Shown: piece after piece, positions 46,701 to 53,787 of the stretch | How the letters are laid out: each line of letters begins with the position of its first letter | Numbering within the stretch: position 1 is the first letter of the stretch | Assembly: GCA_900769815.1 (NCBI GenBank) | Contig: CAAGID010000011.1 | Location: 14,772 to 78,771 of the forward strand | Source: Clostridia bacterium | GTDB taxonomy: Bacteria > Bacillota > Clostridia > Christensenellales > QALW01 | Direction: 5' to 3' | DNA: 64,000 bases | Made by a program: the position numbers and the translations under genes | Notes under the pieces: model-generated | What the model was told of the DNA's origin: nothing | What the model saw: the letters and a program-made list of their open reading frames with translations, nothing else | Database searches by the model: none

Positions 46701-47182
46701 AAATTTTCATAAGCATAGTATGAGAAGGTAAGATTATACCAACCGGATGTTTCAACGTCAACTACCCAGCCGCAGATTCCTTCATCATAAAATAAAGCAC
46801 CATCTCTCGCATCAGATAAATGTTCTGATGATACGTTTACCATAGGAAGGCTTCCTATGATTTCGCCTGTTTTAGGATCAAACTGAACGGCATCTTTACC
46901 CTCCAATTTAATTTCAACGTCAGGCATAGCAGTATCAATTACGGAAGATTGATACGTTTTATAGTCAAACGTATTGCTGATTGCCTCATCAAAAGCAGTT
47001 GCCTCAGGCAATCCCTTCTTTTCACCGCTCTCATCTTGTGTTGTGCTTTCTTCTGTTACATCTGTAGCAACTTCCTGATTAAGAGTATCTTCGGGAGCAG
47101 CATAAGCTACGCATGAAAATACCGAAATTGCCATTGATGCCACAAGAACAAAAATAAGCACCTTGTTTCGCAAAGACTTCAT
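43721..47182 (-). CDS. 1153-aa secreted protein: two CBM-like modules + helical region + CUT1-type solute-binding domain
   Basis: Signal peptide. Two modules share the pattern G(W/L)YN/A(L/I)(T/S)F ... YL(E/N)(A/E)GK(H/N)..(L/I), typical of beta-sandwich CBMs. The C-terminal ~460 aa are SBP-like ([33 protein letters not shown]). Confidence 0.75.
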   Translation of the reverse strand: [1153 protein letters not shown]

Positions 47183-47284
47183 GTTATTCCTCCTGAATGC
47201 TAAATTAAATCTGTAAAACTTGGAAACAGCCCCTTATATAATAATGAGTATGTTTTTTACAGACTGATACATATTATCTACCCT

Positions 47285-47313
47285 ATCATACCACTATCTT
47301 GCGTGAAAGTCAA
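47285..47313 (-). promoter_or_regulatory. candidate promoter of the eight-gene operon
   Basis: On the minus strand, TTGACT (47308-47313), 17 nt, TATGAT (47285-47290), with a TG at the extended -10 position. This leaves a ~95-nt 5' UTR. Confidence 0.55.
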
Positions 47314-47342
47314 TATGCAACAAAAAAATTTTTTTCTTTTTT

Positions 47343-47362
47343 TTGAGTTAATTCGAACTCAA
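47343..47362. repeat. perfect 7-bp inverted repeat TTGAGTT-n6-AACTCAA
   Basis: Read directly from the sequence. It is flanked by a T tract on one side and an A tract on the other, and lies in the divergent intergenic region ~30 bp upstream of the -35 of the big operon. Confidence 0.6.
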
Positions 47363-47498
47363 AAACGCCCTATTTATGGGGAATTTTATATTTATTTAGC
47401 GCTTGTTTATAATTTTTTTACATTTTCCCGTCATCTTTTTCACTTATTTTTTTCGAAAAATATTTGATAAAAAATTTTTTGATTTTTGCAATTTACTA

Positions 47499-47527
47499 TT
47501 GACTTCTATTCAGCTTTAATGTATATT
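47499..47527 (+). promoter_or_regulatory. candidate promoter of the ABC exporter pair
   Basis: TTGACT, 17 nt, TATATT. Confidence 0.5.
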
Positions 47528-47580
47528 TATATCGAGCAAAGAAACTTTGCTTGAAAAAACCCCTTATGTGAGGTGTTTTT

Positions 47581-49368
47581 ATGAAGACACTTAAGCGACT
47601 TTTTTCATACTATGTTCCTTACCTGGGTATCATGATTCTTTATCTGTTTATGGGCGCTTTGATGGTTTCCCTGGCAATGCTATTGCCTCAGATCACAAAG
47701 CACATAACAGGTTCAGTTATTCTTGATGCCCCTTTTTCGTTTTTTGGTTGGTCGCCCTCAAAGGAACAGCTTTTTCTTGCACTTGCTTCATTGTGGATGT
47801 TTATCGTTATAATAAGACAAGGTATTGCATATCTGCGTTCTTATCTTATGACCAGAGCTTCCATAAAAGCCGTTTGCAAAATGCGTGAAGATATTTTTGA
47901 CAGGCTCTTATGGCAGTCGGTTTCCTTTATTCAAAAGGAAAATACGGGAAATATTCTGACCATTCTCAGTGGCGACGTTGAAATGATAAAGCTCTTTTTC
48001 ACAAGTACTTTGCCAGCAATAATTGAAGCTGTTTTTGGTTTTATTTTTGCAAGTGTAATGATTTGGCAAATGAGTCCTTTAATGGTTATTACCGCCTACG
48101 TATTTACTGTTCCTTTGTTTATCATATCAAAGCGAATGAGCAAGATATTCTCAAAGTGGTATCATTTCGTACGTGAAACAAGTGCCGATTTAAGTATGGT
48201 AACTCAAGAAAATATCAATGGTATAAGAATTGTTAAAGCCTACGCACAAGAAGAACAAGAAAAGAAAAAATTTGCAGAGAAAAACGCGAATTACAGATAT
48301 CACGCAATAAATTATATGGTATATTGGTGTCGCGAATATCTGCCATTTGGTATTGTGAGCCATCTTCCCAATATTACTCTCACTCTTATCGCCGCTTTAT
48401 TGGTTGTTAACAGTAATAACGGTGCTGTAGGCAGTTTTACTATGACTCTTCCTGAATTTATAGCTGTAACAGGTTATATCAGTTATATTCTTGTCCCCTT
48501 TACACAGGCAAACAACTGGATAAACAACGCTCAACAAGCTGTAACAAGTGCTGAAAAAGTTTTTAAAGTGCTTAATATTGGTTCAGATATAGCTTCAAAA
48601 CCCAATGCAATAAAACCTGATATAACTAAAGTAGACCTTAAATTAACCAACGTATCATTTTCACTTGAAGGCAAGAAAATTCTCAATAACATAAACATTG
48701 ATTTGCCACAGGGAAAGACTCTGGGTATAATAGGTACCACCGGCAGCGGTAAGACAATTCTTACAAATATTATGGCACGCTTTTTTGACGTTTCATCAGG
48801 TAAAGTTACTATAAACGGCGTAAACGTTAAAGATATGGATTTAACCACCCTTCGCTCGTGTTTTTCTCCTGTTTTACAAGACGTCTTCTTATTCTCCGAT
48901 ACCATTGCAAAAAATATTGCTTTCGGTCGTCCCAACGCAACATATGAAGATGTGATGAAGTGTGCAGAAGTTGCTCAAGCACACGATTTTATAAGTAAAA
49001 TGCCTGATGAATACAATACCATTGTCGGCGAACGCGGAATGGGTCTTTCCGGTGGACAAAAGCAAAGAATTTCCATTGCTCGTGCACTTTTATACAACTC
49101 CCCTATTCTTGTTTTTGACGATGCAACAAGTGCTCTTGATATGGAGACGGAACAGCTTCTTTATAAACGTCTTAAAGAAGAATATTCAAAGCAGAGCCGT
49201 ATAATTATTGCCCACAGAATTTCATCAGTAAAGGACTGTGATGAAATCATTGTTATTGAAAAAGGCAGTATTATTGAACGAGGCACACACCAGGAGCTTG
49301 TTGATAAAAAAGGTCGCTATTATGAGACTTACAAAGAACAGTATTCAACTGTCCTTAACTCATTGTAA
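47581..49368 (+). CDS. ABC exporter half-transporter (heterodimer subunit 1)
   Basis: Six-TM domain followed by an NBD (GTTGSGKT, LSGGQKQR, ILVFDDATSALD). Confidence 0.9.
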   Translation: MKTLKRLFSYYVPYLGIMILYLFMGALMVSLAMLLPQITKHITGSVILDAPFSFFGWSPSKEQLFLALASLWMFIVIIRQGIAYLRSYLMTRASIKAVCKMREDIFDRLLWQSVSFIQKENTGNILTILSGDVEMIKLFFTSTLPAIIEAVFGFIFASVMIWQMSPLMVITAYVFTVPLFIISKRMSKIFSKWYHFVRETSADLSMVTQENINGIRIVKAYAQEEQEKKKFAEKNANYRYHAINYMVYWCREYLPFGIVSHLPNITLTLIAALLVVNSNNGAVGSFTMTLPEFIAVTGYISYILVPFTQANNWINNAQQAVTSAEKVFKVLNIGSDIASKPNAIKPDITKVDLKLTNVSFSLEGKKILNNINIDLPQGKTLGIIGTTGSGKTILTNIMARFFDVSSGKVTINGVNVKDMDLTTLRSCFSPVLQDVFLFSDTIAKNIAFGRPNATYEDVMKCAEVAQAHDFISKMPDEYNTIVGERGMGLSGGQKQRISIARALLYNSPILVFDDATSALDMETEQLLYKRLKEEYSKQSRIIIAHRISSVKDCDEIIVIEKGSIIERGTHQELVDKKGRYYETYKEQYSTVLNSL

Positions 49369-49383
49369 AGGAGGTGGCAATAT

Positions 49384-51186
49384 ATGGCACGTAACAGGTA
49401 TATGGACGACGAAAAAGAGACTAAAAAATTTACCATAGTCTTATTAAAACGCCTACTAAAATATATGTTTCCTTTCAAAAAGAAATTTATTTTAGGCTTA
49501 TCTCTTCTTGTTGTAAACGTACTTATTTCACTTATATGGCCAATGCTTGTTCAGTGGCTTATTGATAACGTACTTAATATTGAAGGACATTTTGCAAACA
49601 GCGTAGCCGCAATTCTTTCTTCAATTGGTATAGTTTCGCTTATCCTTTTTATAGACGTATTTATTGCCTCCAAAAGAGTTCTTATTATAACCGAGCTTGG
49701 ACATTTCACAATTCACGATATACGAAAAGATATCTTCGACCACGTACAGAGCCTCGATTTCAAGTATTTTGACGACAGACCTGCCGGTAAAATTCTTGTT
49801 AGAATAACGTCCTACGTTGACGGACTTTCGCACTTGTTATCAAGTTCCCTTTTACAACTTATAGTCGACGTTTTTACATTGCTTTGCATCATAATAATAT
49901 TGTTTTCAATGAACGTAAGGCTTACACTTTTAAGTCTCTTAATACTTATTCCCCTTTGTGTTTTCATATCTGTAATGAGAAAAGTAATCGCACAAGGTTC
50001 ACGCCGTGTAAGAACAAAAGTAAGTAACCGTACTGCCTATATACACGAAAACCTTATGGGAATTAACGTGACACAAGCCTTCAACCGCCAAGATGTTAAC
50101 AGTAAAGAACTTGTAAGACTTGATGATGACGTTAATAAAGTATATACCAAATTTATTCTTGCCGTTTCTTCTATGGGCCCTGCCGTTGATATTTTTTCAA
50201 CTTTAGGAACTATTCTTGTATACTTCTTTGCAATTAAATTCATTTCAAACGGCGAAATGACTTTGGGGGCACTTACAGCATTTACTTCATATATGTCACG
50301 TTTCTGGCAGCCTATTTCATCATTTACAAATATTTTTAATCAGTTCAGCGAAGCAGCCGGAAATATTGAACGCATTTTTGAAACCATAGATACCCCTGCT
50401 GAAATTTCTGATGCCGAAAATGCCTACGATCTCCCCGACATTAAGGGCAGTGTCGAATATAAAAACGTTTCCTTCTCTTATGATAACGAAACAAACGTTC
50501 TTGAAAACGTTTCCTTTAAAGTAAAGCCCGGCGAAATGATAGCACTCGTCGGTCCTACCGGTGCGGGAAAAACCACCATAGTCAGCCTGCTTTCACGTTT
50601 TTACGATGCAAATGATGGCACTGTTGAAATCGACGGACACAACGTAAAAGACGTTACCCTTAATTCATTAAGGACTCAGGTTGGCGTTATGATGCAGGAT
50701 TCATTTATTTTCTCGGGCACCGTTATTGATAATATCCGTTATGGCCGTCCTGATGCAACGGACGAAGAATGTATTGCCGCTGCTGAAAAGATATATGCCT
50801 CTGAATTTATTGAATCCTTGCCAAAGGGCTATTATACTAAACTTGAAGAACGAGGTGCAGGACTTTCAGCAGGACAAAGACAACTTATATCCTTTGCCCG
50901 TGCTATTCTTGCCGATCCGAAAATTCTTGTACTTGACGAAGCTACTTCGTCAATTGATACAAAAACAGAAATGCTTATTCAACAAGCTTTGCAAAAGCTT
51001 TTAGAGAACAGAACAAGTTTTGTTATCGCACACAGACTTTCTACCATCAAGCGTGCAGACCAAATAATGTGTATTGCCAATAAAGGCATTGCCGAAAAGG
51101 GTACTCATCAGGAGCTTATGGATATGAAAGGCATATATTACGAACTAAATATGAGCCAATATAAAGCATTGGTTAATAAGGAGTAA
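49384..51186 (+). CDS. ABC exporter half-transporter (heterodimer subunit 2)
   Basis: Six-TM domain followed by an NBD (GPTGAGKTT, LSAGQRQL, ILVLDEATSSID). Confidence 0.9.
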   Translation: MARNRYMDDEKETKKFTIVLLKRLLKYMFPFKKKFILGLSLLVVNVLISLIWPMLVQWLIDNVLNIEGHFANSVAAILSSIGIVSLILFIDVFIASKRVLIITELGHFTIHDIRKDIFDHVQSLDFKYFDDRPAGKILVRITSYVDGLSHLLSSSLLQLIVDVFTLLCIIIILFSMNVRLTLLSLLILIPLCVFISVMRKVIAQGSRRVRTKVSNRTAYIHENLMGINVTQAFNRQDVNSKELVRLDDDVNKVYTKFILAVSSMGPAVDIFSTLGTILVYFFAIKFISNGEMTLGALTAFTSYMSRFWQPISSFTNIFNQFSEAAGNIERIFETIDTPAEISDAENAYDLPDIKGSVEYKNVSFSYDNETNVLENVSFKVKPGEMIALVGPTGAGKTTIVSLLSRFYDANDGTVEIDGHNVKDVTLNSLRTQVGVMMQDSFIFSGTVIDNIRYGRPDATDEECIAAAEKIYASEFIESLPKGYYTKLEERGAGLSAGQRQLISFARAILADPKILVLDEATSSIDTKTEMLIQQALQKLLENRTSFVIAHRLSTIKRADQIMCIANKGIAEKGTHQELMDMKGIYYELNMSQYKALVNKE

Positions 51187-51188
51187 TT

Positions 51189-52439
51189 ATGGAATACGTA
51201 CTTTTAGTTCTGCTTTTGATAATCGCAGTTTTTTTGCTTATCATCTTAAAAAGACTGTATTCAAAAGAAAGAGACGAATCCCTAAAAAAAGAAAACGAAA
51301 CCTTAAAAAATATGATTCTGCAACAAAACGGCGAATTAAGAAGAGAATTAAACTCTACCTTATCAAACTATAATACTGCTGTTAATAATACTGTTAATCA
51401 GCAGATTACCCTATTACAGAATCAGATGAAGGAGTTTTCACAGGCTCAGCGTGATGCTTCGGAGCATGAAAGACGCCAACTTGAAGAAATGCGAAGAACA
51501 ATGGAAAATAACCTTCGCTCTATTCAGTCAGACAACGCTGAAAAGCTTGAAAAAATGCGTGAAACCGTTGACGAAAAACTTTCATCAACCCTTGAAAAAC
51601 GCTTAAGTGAGAGCTTTAAGACAGTTGGACAGCAGCTGGAAAACGTATATAAAGGTCTTGGCGAAATGCAGACCCTTGCCTCAAGCGTCGGTGACCTTAA
51701 ATCTGCCCTTACAAACGTGAAAATACGAGGTACCTGGGGCGAAGTTTCCCTTGACAACTTACTTTCACAGCTTCTCTCTCCTGAACAATACAAGCATAAC
51801 GTTAAGCCTAATCCCAGAAAAAGTAACATCGTTGAATTCTGTATTTGCCTGCCTAATAACGAAAACAACGATATCGTTTACTTACCCATTGACTGCAAAT
51901 TTCCCATTGAAGATTATCTTCGCCTTTGCGAAGCCTCGGAGGCAGGCGATACTGCCGGTATTGAAAGTGCCTCAAAGAGTCTTGAAAATTCAATAAAAGC
52001 CTCTGCAAGAACTATTCGCGATAAATACATTGACCCGCCCTTTACAACAGATTTTGCAATTATGTATCTGCCTATTGAAGGACTTTATGCAGAAGTTGCA
52101 AAAAAGGTTGGGCTTTGCGAGCTTTTACAGCGTGAATACCGTGTTACCGTTGCAGGACCTACCACAATAGGTGCTTTTCTTAACAGTCTTCAGCTTGGCT
52201 TTAAGACACTTGCAATACAAAAGCGTACAAGCCAGATTACCAAGCTTCTTACAGATATTAAAAAGAATTTCGGTGTGTTTGCTAACTTGCTTGAGGTAAC
52301 ACGTAAAAAGCTTGATGAAGCAAGCGGAAAAATTGCAGATGCCACTTCCAGATACCAGAAAATTGATAATTTATTAGGTAAGGCTGACACTTACGTTATT
52401 GAAGAAACGCCCGCGTTACCCGACGAAACTGAAAATTAA
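51189..52439 (+). CDS. rmuC: DNA recombination protein RmuC
   Basis: N-terminal TM, long coiled coil, and a C-terminal RmuC nuclease-like core (RGTWGEVSLDNLL..YLPIDCKFP..MYLPIEGLY). Confidence 0.88.
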   Translation: MEYVLLVLLLIIAVFLLIILKRLYSKERDESLKKENETLKNMILQQNGELRRELNSTLSNYNTAVNNTVNQQITLLQNQMKEFSQAQRDASEHERRQLEEMRRTMENNLRSIQSDNAEKLEKMRETVDEKLSSTLEKRLSESFKTVGQQLENVYKGLGEMQTLASSVGDLKSALTNVKIRGTWGEVSLDNLLSQLLSPEQYKHNVKPNPRKSNIVEFCICLPNNENNDIVYLPIDCKFPIEDYLRLCEASEAGDTAGIESASKSLENSIKASARTIRDKYIDPPFTTDFAIMYLPIEGLYAEVAKKVGLCELLQREYRVTVAGPTTIGAFLNSLQLGFKTLAIQKRTSQITKLLTDIKKNFGVFANLLEVTRKKLDEASGKIADATSRYQKIDNLLGKADTYVIEETPALPDETEN

Positions 52440-52492
52440 CTTTTTTCATCAAAATTTTTATATACATAAATCAGATATTATAGTATAATTAT

Positions 52493-52527
52493 ATTCGGTG
52501 TAAAATATTTGCACCGAATAATTTTTT
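52493..52527 (+). terminator. terminator after rmuC
   Basis: ATTCGGTG-loop-CACCGAAT followed by AATTTTTT. Confidence 0.65.
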
Positions 52528-52538
52528 GAGCGTGAGAA

Positions 52539-53207
52539 ATGGATACGAAGAGAAAATCAAAAATAACATCAATGATCATCAGTATTGTTCTGATAATAGT
52601 TTTGTCTGTTGTATTTTTCAACATTCGGAAAAACTATCTTTATACTAACCGTGACAGGCTTATTATATTCTGCTATGAAACCAATATTTCAGGTTCTGAC
52701 GGCGAAAAATGGGCAGAGCATTTAAAAAATCAATTTCCTGAAATTTCTGATTTTGAAGTAAGCGTATATGAAACAAAATCTGCGGGAAATGACTCTATTA
52801 CCATCACTACAGAAAACGGATGGTCACAGATTGTTACCCGTTTAGGTGCAGGCGAAGGCGATATTTTGCTTGTGGATAATGAAATCTTTTATTCCGTTCT
52901 TCTTGAAAATGAAATGCTTGTTCCCCTCGAAGGAAATTTTGATACTCCCGTTACCGATAAAAACGGTGTTATTTTCGGCATCGACGTTACAAAAAAAACT
53001 GTTGAGGGACTTTTAAACTATGATACAAGTCAGTATGTTGGAAAAGGTCAAAAACTTCCTATAAGGCCTGTTGAAAATACTTCTTTTGAATTTAACGAAT
53101 TTAACTATTCCCCGAGAATTATTGCCGTGATATATAAAGGCTCTGAAAGAATTGAGCAGTCGCAGGAAATTCTTAACAGTCTTTTTGGGGAGGATACAAA
53201 TGAATAA
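52539..53207 (+). CDS. hypothetical N-terminally anchored protein (paralogue A)
   Basis: 222 aa with one TM (ITSMIISIVLIIVLSVVFF). No motif recognised. Confidence 0.5.
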   Translation: MDTKRKSKITSMIISIVLIIVLSVVFFNIRKNYLYTNRDRLIIFCYETNISGSDGEKWAEHLKNQFPEISDFEVSVYETKSAGNDSITITTENGWSQIVTRLGAGEGDILLVDNEIFYSVLLENEMLVPLEGNFDTPVTDKNGVIFGIDVTKKTVEGLLNYDTSQYVGKGQKLPIRPVENTSFEFNEFNYSPRIIAVIYKGSERIEQSQEILNSLFGEDTNE

Positions 53208-53787
53208 ACTGAAATACGCCTTAAGCCACGGAAAGCTGATTATTTTTATCCTTATAATCTCAGTATGCCTCATAACTTCGGGAGTTTTTGACGTAATTTC
53301 TCAAATCAATTCGGCTGAAAACGGAATAGAAATACTGCTTATTGACGTTTATCTTTCAAAAGGCGACAGCAACAGCCTTGCAAAAAGCGTAAAAAAAGCA
53401 ACCAACATACAATACGTTGGCGTTGCAACCATAGATGAAAAGGATACCCGTGATTATATAAAGACCGTAAGCAACTATACTTTTACCGATTATCTAAATG
53501 ATACAGCAGAGTCAAAAGACACGGAAATAATTTTTGTTACCGAAAAGCTTTTGCCCGAAGTATATTTAATGAAAAACATCGTTCCCTTAGCTATTGACGG
53601 TAAATTTAGTGAAACTTGTTATTATAGCGGTATTTTATACGCTTTTCCGTTAAAAAACGTTTACGTAACTGATTATAATGCAGAGATAATTTCTTTACAA
53701 GAAAATACTTATGCCATTTTATTAGAAGGCGATCATACAGAGGATGCTCGTAATTATTTAATGAATTTATCAGCGGAGGCAAAATAA
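53200..53787 (+). CDS. hypothetical N-terminally anchored protein (paralogue B)
   Basis: Start reset to MNKLKYALSHGKLIIF (ATGA overlap with the upstream gene). One TM. Distant similarity to the upstream protein. Confidence 0.5.
   Translation: MNKLKYALSHGKLIIFILIISVCLITSGVFDVISQINSAENGIEILLIDVYLSKGDSNSLAKSVKKATNIQYVGVATIDEKDTRDYIKTVSNYTFTDYLNDTAESKDTEIIFVTEKLLPEVYLMKNIVPLAIDGKFSETCYYSGILYAFPLKNVYVTDYNAEIISLQENTYAILLEGDHTEDARNYLMNLSAEAK

Noticed and set aside
47315-47458. A 47-codon ORF (MQQKNFFLFFELIRTQKRPIYGEF...) in the divergent intergenic region.
   Set aside because: It has no convincing SD. It consists largely of homopolymer A/T tracts translated as F/K/N, and it spans the palindrome and promoter-like sequence. 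It is most likely non-coding.
51189-52439. rmuC as a marker of a defence island.
   Set aside because: It is co-oriented with, and 2 nt downstream of, an ABC exporter pair. It is followed by membrane and peptidase genes, and no nuclease, methylase, helicase or abortive-infection partners are present.
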